From the human T2T-CHM13v2.0 reference genome, Homo sapiens, in assembly GCF_009914755.1 (NCBI RefSeq), contig NC_060925.1: a DNA stretch of 64,000 bases. The stretch is one strand, 5' to 3'. The notes below the pieces were generated by a model. The model was not told where the DNA came from. It worked only from the letters and a program-made list of their open reading frames with translations, and made no database searches. This document shows positions 17,530 through 36,433 of this stretch, piece by piece. The position numbers and the translations under genes are program-made. Position 1 is the stretch's first letter; each line of letters opens with the position of its first letter.

Positions 17530-17719
17530 ATGGATATCTGATTCAATCCATTAATCTGGGGAGAGCCAAAAACCCAATCAGGATTAACTGGGTGGAGCTT
17601 CAGAAATGCAATCAGATACCACTTTTTGATTGGAAGCTAGCAGCGGATACGTGGAGGGGCGTGGGTGGGAGTTGTGATTAGAAAGGTCAATAAAAGCTTC
17701 TAAAGACCCACAGGAGAGA
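17530..17719 (+). promoter_or_regulatory. PRAMEF promoter copy A (distal): DUX4-like motifs, GC box, nuclear-receptor half site, TATA-like box
   Basis: TGATTCAATCC at 17539-17549, AAACCCAATCA at 17570-17580, AAATGCAATCA at 17604-17614, GGAGGGGCGTGGGTGGG at about 17653-17669, AAAGGTCA at 17682-17689 and AATAAAA at 17689-17695. Confidence 0.65.
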
Positions 17720-17796
17720 CCCAAAGTCTTCAAGCCTGGAGTTTCTGCTTGGTTTTTCCTGAGGTCTGAGCACCCTGCAAACTGAGTCCAGATCTG
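17720..17796 (+). other. PRAMEF20: Non-coding first exon 1a of PRAMEF20 (start approximate)
   Basis: Ends in ACTGAGTCCAGATCTG|GTAAGT, a consensus 5' splice site at 17797-17802, about 100 nt after the TATA-like box. It is paralogous to exon 1b. Confidence 0.7.
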
Positions 17797-17940
17797 GTAA
17801 GTCCCTAATCTCTGTAAGGACACTCCCATCTGACCTACAGTCAGCCGGTCTGGGATGGTGACAGTGCAGGCACAGAGTTATATCCTGTCTTTTTTTTTTT
17901 TTTTGTATGAACAATTTGAAGCTTTGACTTTTTCCTTTAA

Positions 17941-18639
<699 letters not shown>

Positions 18640-20021
18640 TTAAACAATATCCAATTAATTGAAATCAGTAGGCAGATCCCAACCCACCCCCCTTCAAAAA
18701 AGGAGAGAAAGAGTTTAGAAGTCTCTACATGCTAGCATCCCATTCAGACTGTTTAATCCTACAATTGCGGTTTTGTAAGAAAAACAGTCTTAAAGATTTC
18801 CAATAATTCCCACAATGGCCTTATGGTCATTATCCTGGGTGTAATTTTCCCATCAGTTTAAAAATGCACATGAGAATGACCATGAATTTTGAAGGTATAG
18901 CTGGCTGGAGTCCCAGAGGCTTTGTTTGGGATGCCTTAGAATTTTGAGAACCACATTCCATTTCCTAATAATATCTCTAGAGCAAAGGAAATCCTATAAA
19001 TTCTGTTGGAATTTGAAGAGTTTGGGCAAAGTGATTTGGTTTGACAAGTGTTCCGTGTACAGAATTCTCTCTTTATCCTTGGTGATGGCCTGTGCCCTCA
19101 TTGTTCCACCAGTGACCAAGACTTTCCGAGTTGCATGAAAATTGACTTGAGACTTGCTTATGTCCCAGTGGTAATTTTTGCCCACCCATGACAAGATTAT
19201 CCTAACACTAGAGACTTTTTCTCTGGTGTCCTTTATACCTGGCTGTGACCACCTTAGTGGCTTTTAATTGGTCATTCTGTGCTGCCTTTAATTTAATTTA
19301 TTTTATTTATTTATTTATTTAATTTAATTTAATTTATTTATTTATTTATTTTTGAGGCAGAGTTTTGCTCTCTCACTCAGGCTATCCGGGCTCACTACAA
19401 CTTCAGCCTCTCAAGTAGCTGCGATTAGAGGCATGAGCCACCACACCAAGTTAATTTTTGTATTTTTAGTAGAGACAGGAGTTCATCGTGTTGCCCAGGC
19501 TGGTCTCCAACTCCTGACTTCAAGTGATCCACCCACCTCAGCCTCCCAAAGTGTTGGGACTGCAGGCGTGAGCCACCACACCTGGCCTCACATTCTTTAA
19601 TTTTCTCAAACTGCTTTGCTGAGCTAAGCCCATGTCTTTGGGAGGAAACACCCTTTAACTTCTTGGAAACATTGAACCTTTCTCCCTCCCCTCAAGGATA
19701 ATGTTGAATTTTTCAGATTCTACATCTTCTCTTTTGTAGCTACTTAACCTTTTAATTTTTAACCTCAATCTAGACACAAGACTTTCAATTCTTCAAGATC
19801 CCCAAACAGATCCCCTAAGATCCCCCAACATATTCACATGTCGTGGTTTCTTCCCCAAATTTCATTTAAAACACTCAGCCCCACCCTGCCCGGCTCCCAC
19901 CCTTCATTTTCCTATCTAGTTTTCACTGTAATTGAATTATCCTATCCAGTTTTCATGGTAATTTTGGCCTGATTTCCTTCAGAGAATCTTTGAGCTTAAT
20001 TTTAAACCAATCACATCCTCA

Positions 20022-20171
<150 letters not shown>

Positions 20172-20529
20172 CTAGGAAATGAGACTCAGCCCCCCACCCT
20201 GCAACACCAAAAAAAATTAAATTATACCACCCAGGTAATCACTGGATACATGATGATTTCTATTGTGTTTTCTTAGGGACTGTCATCTCTGTCTTTGTAA
20301 ACTGTTTTAACTCTGAAATATTCTGATAAATTTGTGACCAAGGATCCCTCAACAAAGATACTTTCAAGTTTTTTCTTTCTGTCTAATGTCAGGAAGAGAT
20401 TCAACCCTTCCCTATCTCACACTCAGGACTATGAAGGACATATATTAGTAAAATTCCATGTTTGTGGAGTGAATCAGTGAATGAGTCATGGACTTTCACC
20501 CTATACCTAAATCTTTCGCTTTCATGGAT

Positions 20530-21005
<476 letters not shown>

Positions 21006-21079
21006 AGAGACCTGAGGCCTGGAGTTACTGCTTGGTACTGTGAGGGGTCCAAGCACCCTGAACACTGAGTCCAGATCTG
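21006..21079 (+). other. PRAMEF20: Candidate non-coding first exon 1b of PRAMEF20 (start approximate)
   Basis: Ends in ACTGAGTCCAGATCTG|GTAAGT (donor 21080-21085), the same junction as exon 1a. Confidence 0.6.
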
Positions 21080-21285
21080 GTAAGTCTCCACCTCCATAAA
21101 GACACTCCCATCTGATCTGCAGTCAGCCAGTCTCGTAGTTTCAGGCAGCCCAAGATGGCACAGAGAATTATCCTGTTTTATCAGATGAACAGATTTTGGC
21201 TTTGAATTTTTCTCTAAATGCAGGTTTGTCTTTATCCCCAAAATTTTGATTTATGCTTTGGTTTTTGCCATTTCAAAATTCTTAG

Positions 21286-21471
<186 letters not shown>

Positions 21472-21730
21472 TGACTAATTTTTTTTTTTTTTCTTTTGTA
21501 TTTTTACTAGAGACTGGATATCACTATGTTTTCCAGGCTGGTCTTGAACTCCTGACCCTGTGATCCACCTGCCTTGGCCTCCCAAAGTGCCAGGATTACA
21601 GGCGTGAGCCACCTCACCCAGCCTTCTTGACATTTTAAATACATATTTTGTGATTTTGTGTGCCCTTAAATTATAGTTCATAGACTTTGGGGTATTGTGA
21701 TTTTACAAGTTAGGTTTTCCTTTTTACTAA

Positions 21731-22033
<303 letters not shown>

Positions 22034-22062
22034 TAATAAAAGTTTTAAAACATTCTATGTAA

Positions 22063-22713
<651 letters not shown>

Positions 22714-22756
22714 TAACATTGTCACATAGCTTTCAAAGTTTCCCACTGAAATTTTA

Positions 22757-23342
<586 letters not shown>

Positions 23343-23619
23343 TCACTACTCACTGGATGAGCACTGGATAGAAAGGAAGGGCTAGTGGTGGCCCTGCCTC
23401 CTCACTGCTTGGGAGATGCTTATGCTGATGCAGCAGAGGCAGAAGCCTGGCTTTGTGGCCACTGAGTACAGAGTAGAATTGGAGTAAACTGAGGGCTCTT
23501 TCACCATTGCCAGAGCAATGACTTTGGCCCTGGGAGATGAGATTGCATGGGCTTGGCCTGAGAGTGATGCCTTTTCTCTGGATTTGTCCTCTGGAACTTT
23601 TCTTTGCAGATTCAGGAAG

Positions 23620-23906
23620 ATGAGCATCCGGACTCCACCCAGACTCCTGGAGCTGGCGGGGCAGAGCCTGCTGAGGGACGAGGCCTTGGCCATCTCCACC
23701 CTGGAGGAGCTGCCCACGGAACTTTTTCCCCCATTGTTCATGGAGGCCTTCAGCAGGAGACACTGTGAGGCCCTGAAGCTGATGGTGCAGGCCTGGCCTT
23801 TCCTCCGCCTTCCTCTGGGGTCTCTGATGAAAAGGCCTTGCCCAGAGACCTTCCAAGCTGTGCTCGATGGGCTTGATGCACTGCTTACCCACAGGGTTCG
23901 TCTCAG
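23620..23906 (+). CDS. PRAMEF20: PRAME family member, coding exon 1 (BC-box/Cullin-2 box N-terminus)
   Basis: Acceptor TTTTCTTTGCAG ends at 23609 and ATG is at 23620. Encodes [61 protein letters not shown]...LDGLDALL. Donor AG|GTGAGG follows 23906 (287 nt, phase 2). Confidence 0.95.
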
Positions 23907-24254
23907 GTGAGGTGGCCCAAGTGGGCTGGTGGGGAGGGCCCAGGTGTCCAACAGAAGGAACAGCTGGGTCATGAGGAGTGAGGAGGTCCAAGGAGGGCCC
24001 ACAGGCTTCTAATGGTTTTGGTGAGGAAGCTTAGAGAGGCCTTGGCCATTGCCCAGCTCCTCAGGGAAAGGACTGCTCATCACCCGGGGTCCACCGAGGT
24101 AACAGGAACCTCTCTTCTAGTGGCACTGAAAGGCACCACTAAAAGTGGGAACTAGGCTGGGCACAGTGGCTCACACCTGTAATCCCAGCATTTTGGGAGG
24201 CTGAGGCAGGTGGATCACCTGAAGTCAGGAGTTCAAGACCAGCCTGGCCAACAT

Positions 24255-25249
<995 letters not shown>

Positions 25250-25391
25250 TAGCCAGGATGTTCTCGATCTCCTGACCTTGTGATCCGCCCGCCTTGGCCT
25301 CCCAAAGTGCTGGGATTACAAGCGTGAGCCACTGAGCCCAGCCTCAGAAGTGAGTCCTTAAATTCTCAGCCTCTCTTCTATTTTTCCTCAG

Positions 25392-25970
25392 GAGGTGGAA
25401 ACTTCAAGTGCTGGATTTACAGGATGTCAGTGAGAACTTCTGGATGGTTTGGTCTGAAGCCATGGCCCGTAGGTGCTTACCAAATGCCATGATGAACAGA
25501 AAACCAGTGCAGGACTGTCCAAGGATGAGAGGACAGCAGCCCTTGACTGTGTTCATAGACCTTTGCCTCAAGAACAGGACTCTGGATGAATACTTCACCT
25601 GCCTCTTTCTATGGGTCAAGCAGAGGGAAGGTTTAGTACACCTGTGCTGTAAGAAGCTGAAAATGTTGGGAATGCTCTTCCACAATATCAGAAACATCCT
25701 GAAAACAGTCAACCTAGACTGTATCCAGGAGGTGGAAGTGAATTGCAATTGGACACTGCCCGTCCTGGCAGAGTTTACCCCATACCTCGGCCAGATGAGG
25801 AATCTTCGGAAGCTCGTTCTCTCTGACATAGATTCTCGCTACATTTCCCCAGAGCAGAAGAAGGAGTTTGTTACCCAGTTCACCACTCAGTTCCTCAAGC
25901 TGCGCTGCCTCCAAAAGCTTTATATGAACTCTGTTTCTTTCCTCGAAGGCCACCTGGACCAGATGCTCAG
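25392..25970 (+). CDS. PRAMEF20: PRAME family member, coding exon 2 (degenerate LRRs)
   Basis: Acceptor TTTTTCCTCAG| ends at 25391. Encodes [23 protein letters not shown]...[10 protein letters not shown]...[13 protein letters not shown]...[10 protein letters not shown]. Donor AG|GTGAGG; 579 nt, phase 2 to phase 2. Confidence 0.96.
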
Positions 25971-26447
25971 GTGAGGAAGGGTAGTGAGCTTTCTCTGCAG
26001 ACCACAGCAGAGCCTTTCTTGTTACAGGGGGCATCTACTGTGAGCCAGCCTATGAGGATGTAACAGTAAAGGGGACACTAGAATGTCAGTGCATTTTCCT
26101 GTTGGAAGTGGGTATCACACATTCATCCCAATGAAGACAGAGGAATCAGCTGGGGTAGATGCTATAGAGAGGCTGCCATGCTAGGAAGCTAGCTACTGGA
26201 GGATTCAGATTTAGTGAGGTTGCATTTGTGAATTCTTCCTGAGGATGTGTGTCTAAGTTAAGATGATGAGAAATAGGCCAGGGATGCTGGCTCATGCCTG
26301 TAATCCTAGCACTTTGGTTAGTGCTAGCAAGAGGATAATTTGAGCCCAGGAGTTTAAGACCAGTGTGGGTAACACAGCAAAGACTCCTGTCTAAAAAATA
26401 AATAAATAAAAAATACAAACAAGATAATTTTTCTTTTTTTGAGATGA

Positions 26448-26597
<150 letters not shown>

Positions 26598-27427
26598 TAG
26601 TAGAGATGGGGTTTCACCATGTTGGCCAGGCTGGTCTCAAATTCCTGACCTCAGGTGATCCACCCACTTCGGCCTCCCAAAGTGTCAGGATTATAGGCGT
26701 GAGCCACCACACCCGACCCAAAAACAAGATAATTTTTTTTGTTTTTTTGAGATGGAGTCTTGCTCTGTCTCGCTTTATTGCCCAGGGTTCACGCCATTCT
26801 CCTGCTTCAGCCTCCTGAGTAGCTGGGACAACAGGTGCCCGACACCACGCCCGGCTAATTTTTGTTGTATTTTTTAGTACAGATGGGGTTTCACCATGTT
26901 AGCCAGGATGGTCTCGATCTCCTGACCTTGTGATCCGCCCGCCTCGGCCTCCCAAAATGCTGGGATTACAGGTGTGAGCCACCGCACCCGGCCAAAACAA
27001 GATAATTTTTAACAAGATGATGGGAAGTAGGGAAGTGAAGTGGGCACTGAAGAGGGGAATGCTCAGCAAACCTGCACATGTCAGATTATGAGCTCTGTGC
27101 CCCACAGCTTGGTGAACATGAATGATCCCATGTCTAATTCCCTGTCATAATGGGTTGTTTTGAGCTCCAGGTAAATTAATTACCTGAGAAATGTATGATT
27201 CTGAAACAGAGGGTCAGGGACCAGGCACAAAGAATGGTGAAAGTGATAGATGGTTTGCTGATGATACAGGCGTGTCAGGGACGCCTGCAGCCTGCCCACC
27301 CCAGCTGATGTTGCAGGATCCTGCCTGGGTTTGTCCTTTATGCCTGCATCCCCAATGGTCTCATGTGGCCCAGAGATGTGGTTTTCTGCCTGACAGATGA
27401 GGAAAGGGAGCTTTAGGGATTCTGTGA

Positions 27428-27715
<288 letters not shown>

Positions 27716-27966
27716 TGATCTGCCCGTCTCAGCTTCCCAAAGTTCTGGGATTACAGGTGTGAGTTACTGCGCCAGGCCTAAAATGGAATTGACCTCAGTG
27801 GCAAAGCTCTTCATCACGCAGCATCCTAAGTGTTGACTATCAGACAATCAGAATGACCCTGGGCTTGGGCAAAATGGTCTCCATCCATCACTTTGAAGTC
27901 ATTCCCTACCACCCTCCACTCACCCCTACGATTCCCCAGAACTAACTTCCTGCTCTCTCTCCCCAG

Positions 27967-28528
27967 CTGTCTAAAGACCTCGTTAAACATCCTCGCAATA
28001 ACTAACTGTGTGCTTTTGGAATCAGACTTGAAGCATCTGTCCAAGTACCCGAGCATTGGTCAACTAAAGACCCTGGACCTGAGTGGCACCAGACTGGCCA
28101 ATTTCAGCCTTGTGCCGCTCCAAGTTCTCCTAGAAAAAGTTGCAGCCACCCTTGAGTACCTGGACTTAGATGACTGTGGCATCGTAGACTCCCAAGTCAA
28201 CGCCATCCTGCCTGCCCTGAGCCGCTGCTTTGAGCTCACCACCTTCAGCTTCCGTGGAAATCCCATCTCCACGGCCACCCTGGAGAACCTGCTGTGCCAC
28301 ACAATCAGACTCAACAACTTATGCCTGGAGCTGTATCCTGCCCCGCGGGAGAGTTATGATGTTCGTGGTATCGTCTGCCGGAGCAGATTTGCCCAACTTG
28401 GGGCTGAGCTGATGGGGAGAGTGAGGGCCTTAAGGGAGCCCGAGAGGATCTTGTTCTGTACCGACTACTGCCCTCAGTGTGGCAACAGGTCACTTTACGA
28501 CCTGGAGGTAGATCGGTGTTGCTGTTGA
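27967..28528 (+). CDS. PRAMEF20: PRAME family member, coding exon 3 (LRRs, Cys-rich C-terminus); spliced CDS 1428 nt = 475 aa
   Basis: Acceptor CTCTCTCTCCCCAG| ends at 27966. Encodes [15 protein letters not shown]...[15 protein letters not shown]...[10 protein letters not shown]...[23 protein letters not shown]. The lengths 287+579+562=1428 nt give an uninterrupted frame. Confidence 0.96.
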
Positions 28529-28581
28529 ATGCCTGCCTATTTGGGTGGATATATCAAACTCTTTTTTCTGAACACTTGAAA

Positions 28582-28587
28582 ACTAAA
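28582..28587 (+). terminator. Candidate non-canonical poly(A) signal ACTAAA
   Basis: The only PAS-like hexamer in the about 70 nt of unique sequence after the stop. ACTAAA is a known minor PAS variant. Confidence 0.4.
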
Positions 28588-28920
28588 ACCTAGGTCTTTT
28601 TGCGCCCAGGCTGGAGTTCAGTGGCACAATCCTGACTCATTGCAACCTCTGCCTCCTGAGTGCAAGCGCTTCTCCTGCCTCAGACGCACCCGCCATAACA
28701 CTTTTTAAATATTTCAATCCCACATTTTAAAAGTTACATCTAGGCTGTGCACGGTGGCTCACACCTGTAATCTTAGCACTTCAGGAGGCTGAGGCGGGGG
28801 GGTGGCTCACGAGGTCAAGAGATCGAGACCATCCTGGCCAACATGGTGAAACCCCGTCTCTATTAAAAATACAAAAATTAGCTGGGCGTGGTGGCGCATG
28901 CCCGTAGTCCCAGCCACTCA

Positions 28921-29175
<255 letters not shown>

Positions 29176-29518
29176 TCATCAAAGGGTGGATAACGATCAA
29201 GTGCCTGTGGGTGATGAGTGACCTTCCCTGTGTTGAAGAAACCTACTTAAAGGGCACCTAAGTGAAGGATCCTGCTGAGGATTCAGGGGCTGGTGTTGCT
29301 GCCAGGGATCTTAGCCAAGAGCCTCAGTTTCCCTGTAAAATCAGGATGGTAGTGTCCAACAGCTTATGGGACCCTTGTAGGATCCGATAAGATGGTCCAT
29401 GTTTAGGGCTTGGCATGGGGCCTGGCATAAGTAAGATCAATACACCTTGTTCTTTTCTCTCTTCTCAGCAGAAGTCCCAGCATTTTTCATCTTTCTTTCT
29501 TTTTTTTTTTTTTTTTAA

Positions 29519-29731
<213 letters not shown>

Positions 29732-30016
29732 TGATCCTCCCTGCTCGGCATCCCAAAGTGCTGGGATTACAGGCGTGAGCCACCGCGCCCAGCCGCATTT
29801 TTCATCTTTTAATCTCACCTCCATTTCCTGGTAACAGGGAGGCAACAAGAACCCAGGACATGCAATGGGGCTCAGCTTCTACACGCCGCCACAATTTCAT
29901 CATGATTCCCCCAAACAGCAGAGCCCCAGGAGCCAGCAGGGGACGGGCTGGGCAGTGCAGGACTGGATTCATTTCCAGTGATTATAAAATCAAAATTTCC
30001 AGTCCATGGGTCTCGA

Positions 30017-30030
30017 CTGCCATCTGCTGG
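30017..30030 (-). promoter_or_regulatory. CTCF core motif
   Basis: Minus strand CCAGCAGATGGCAG matches the CCASYAGRKGGCRS core with no mismatch, in non-Alu sequence. Confidence 0.6.
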
Positions 30031-30771
30031 TAGATGAGACCAGATGGTGTAATTTAGTGTTGCAAGGATTATATTTTATGGTATATTAAAAATTTTACTA
30101 TTATGTAAATACTATTTGAGTACAAATATTTGTGTTGTCATTTATGTATATTAAAGATATAGAACTTTTAAAGAATGCAGTGTGATATTTTAAGAATGGT
30201 TAACAGCTGGGAGCAGTGGCAACAGAGCAAGACTCCGTCTCAGGAAAAAAAAAACAGGCCGGGCGCAGTGGCTCATGCCTGAAATCCCAGCACTTTGGGA
30301 GGCCGAGGCAGGCGGATCAACTGAGGTCAGGAGTTCGAGACTAGCCTGGCAACATGGGGAAACCCTGTCTCTACTAAAAAATACAAAATTAGCCGGGCGT
30401 GGTGGTGCATGTCTGTAAGGCGGCTGAGGCAGGAGAATCACTTGAACCCGGGAGGCGGAGGTTGCGGTGAGCTGAGATCGCGCCATTGCACTACAGCCTG
30501 GGCAACAAGAGCGAGACTCCGTCTCAAAAAAAAAAAAAAAAGAATGAAAGAATGGTTAACTTAGTTTGGATTTTCAAAAAGAATGAGATTTTTAAAACTA
30601 ATTTTAAAAACACTGAACAAGAATCGCTTGTTCTTTAAATATACTTAGAATAGTACAATTTTAGCATTGGAAGGAAGCATTACAGGTTTTTTTAAGTATT
30701 GAGTTTATTTTATTTTATTTTATTTTGAGACCAGGTCTCACTCTCGTCCAGGCTGGAGTGCAGTGGCATGA

Positions 30772-31270
<499 letters not shown>

Positions 31271-31317
31271 TGATCCACCTGCCTCGGCCTCCCAAAGTGC
31301 TAGGACTACAGGTGTGA

Positions 31318-31572
<255 letters not shown>

Positions 31573-31689
31573 TAGCCAGGCTGATCTCAAACTCCTGATC
31601 TCAAGTGATCCACCTGTCTCGGCCTCCTAAAGTGCTGGGATTTCAGGCATGAGCCAGCACACCCAGCCTATTTTTTTTTTTTTTAATAG

Positions 31690-32142
31690 AAGTTTTAGGT
31701 TCACAGAAAAACTAAACAGAAAGTGCAGAGTTCTCATCTACCCCCTTCCTCCTTCAACACACAGCACCCCTACGGGATCAACACCCACACCAGCACAGAG
31801 CATTCGTCACAATCAATGAGCCACATGGACACATCATCATCACCCAATGTCCATAGTTTACATGCAGGATCACTGCTGGTTTTGTATATGCTATGGATTT
31901 TAATAAAGGGATAATGACAGATATCCACCATTAGAACATCATGCAGAGTAGTTTTCTTTCCCTAAAGTCCTCTGTCCTCTTCCCACTCATCCCATTGTAT
32001 TCTCACCCCCTGGCAACCACTGGGCTTTCTACTCTCTCCATAGAAAAAGGCAAAAGCCTTTTCCAGAATGTGTAACAGGATGAGTCTTTTCACATTGCCT
32101 TCTTTCACTTGTACAATAACATCATGCATTTAGGAATCTTTC

Positions 32143-32175
<33 letters not shown>

Positions 32176-32660
32176 GAGACGGAGTCTCGTTCTGTTGCTC
32201 AGGCTGGAGTGCAGTGGTGCGATCTTGGGTCACTCCAATCTCCACCTCCTGGATTCAAGCAATTCTCTGCCTCAGCCTCCCGAGTAGCTAGGATTACAGG
32301 CACCCACCACCATCCCCGGCTAATTTTTGTATTTTTAGTAGAGACGGGGTTTCACCATCTTGACCACGCTGGTCTTGAACTCCTGACCTCATGATCCACT
32401 CACCTCAGCCTACCAAAGTGCTGGGATTACAGGTGTGAACCACTGCACCCAGCCAGGAATATTTCATGTCTTTTTATGGCTTCATAATAGTTCACTGACC
32501 GGATGGATCACAGTTTGTTTATCCAGTCACCTACTGAATGGCATCTTGCTTGCTTCCAAGTTTTGGCAATTAAGAATAAAGCTGCTATAAACATCCAGGT
32601 GTGAGTGTACTCATTTTGTTAAATACCCAGGAGCATGATTACTGAATTGTATGGGTACGG
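31690..32660 (-). mobile_element. Old L1 (L1MB/MC-like) 3' fragment with an Alu insertion
   Basis: GTTTTAGGTTCACAGAAAAACT..., CCCCTGGCAACCACTG, TGCTTCCAAGTTTTGGCAATTAAGAATAAAGCTGCTATAAACAT and TAAATACCCAGGAG. Confidence 0.8.
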
Positions 32661-32717
32661 TATGTTTTACAAGGATTTTTTCTTTTTTCTTTTTCTTTTT
32701 TTTTTTTTTTTTTTTGA

Positions 32718-33026
<309 letters not shown>

Positions 33027-33311
33027 TAGATATTGCTGCTAAAGGTCAGGGACTTTGTCTCCATTATCCTGTGGTCCCACTGCTGAGCATGGAACCTGGC
33101 GCTTGGTAGCAAATGCTGTTGACCACGGGATGCATGAAAATGTTTTGCCATTGGCCGGGCGCTGTGACTCATGCCTGTAATCCTAGCACTTTGGGAAGCA
33201 GAGGCAGGCGGATCACCTGAGGTCAAGAGTTCGAGACCAGCCTGACCAACGTGGAGAAACCCTGTCTCTACTAAAAAAAAAATGACAAAATTAGCTGGGC
33301 ATGGTCGCTTA

Positions 33312-33437
<126 letters not shown>

Positions 33438-33687
33438 TCAAAAAAAAAAAAAAAAAATTGCTAACTTGGGTACATCAACATTATCCAACAAATAAATTGG
33501 ATTGTGAAAAAAATAGCCCTTGTGACACTGTGGCCACTCCATGTGTATCATGAAAGTCCAGCAACTGGCTGGGCGCGGTAGCTCACATCTGTAATCTCAG
33601 CACTTTGGGAGGCCGAGGTGTGCGGATCCCTTGAGGTCAGGAGTTCAAGACCAGCCTGACTAACATGGTGAAACCCTGTCTCTATTA

Positions 33688-34002
<315 letters not shown>

Positions 34003-34639
34003 CTAATTTCCTTATCCCAGACTTCTCTCCATAGTGTGTGTGCTAGTGTGCTATCTTCCAGACTCTTCTGTGACTTGCTATACATTTCTTTTCTTTTCTT
34101 TTGGGGGTGGGGGACAGTCTTGCTCTGTCACCAGGCTGGAGTACAGTGACGTGATCTCGGCTCACTGCAACCTCCGCCTCTCGGGTTAAAGCGATTCTCC
34201 TGCCTCAGCCTCCCAAGCAGCTGAGACTACAGGCGTGTGCCACCATGCCCAGCTAGTTTTTGTATTTTTAGTAGAGATGGGGTTTCACCATGCTGACCAG
34301 GATGGTTTTGATCTCTTGACCTTGGGATCCGCCCACCTCAGCCTCCCAAAGTGCTGGGATTACAGGCGTGAGTCATTGCACCCGGTCGCAACTTGCTATA
34401 CATTTCTTTTGTTTTGTTTGTTTGTTTGTTTTGTTTTTGTGGTTTTTTTGAGACAGAGTCTCGCTCTGTCACCCAGGCTGGAGTACAGTGGCGCGATCTC
34501 AGCTCACTGTAATCTCCATCTTCTAGGTTCAAGCAATTCTCCTGTCTCAACCTCCTTAGTAGCTATGATTACAGGTGTGTGCCACCACGCCCAGCCCTAA
34601 ATTATCTTTGGTGAGTTTTTTTTTTTCCCCCACTATTGT

Positions 34640-35450
<811 letters not shown>

Positions 35451-35562
35451 TGGCCGGCCGTGGTGGCTCACGCCTGTAATCCCAGCACTTTGGGAGGCAG
35501 ATCATTTGAGGTCAGGAGTTTGAGACCAGCCTGGCCAACATGGTGAAAGTCCATCTCTACTA

Positions 35563-35727
<165 letters not shown>

Positions 35728-35813
35728 TTACAAGGGGAAACATTTTCTCCCACTCAGAACCATCCCTGCGCTGACGGGTGGACCTGGAGAATCTAGCCTT
35801 TCACTTAGGGTGA

Positions 35814-36269
<456 letters not shown>

Positions 36270-36433
36270 TAATCCACCCTCCTCGGCCTCCCAAAGTGCT
36301 GGGATTACAGGCGTGAGCCACCACGCCCGGCACAATCTTCATTTTGTTCTAGCACATAAATGCTTCTTTTTCTCTCTCTCATAGGCTCAGCTATGCATTA
36401 AAAGTAGGTTGTGGCCTGGCGCGGTGCCTCACA

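Noticed and set aside
23518-23619. In-frame upstream ATG adding 34 aa
   Set aside because: It lies mostly in the intron before the acceptor at 23609. Family homology starts at MSIRTPPRL.
23350-24002. 213-aa and 206-aa antisense ORFs over coding exon 1
   Set aside because: Shadow frames of a GC-rich coding exon, with no independent evidence.
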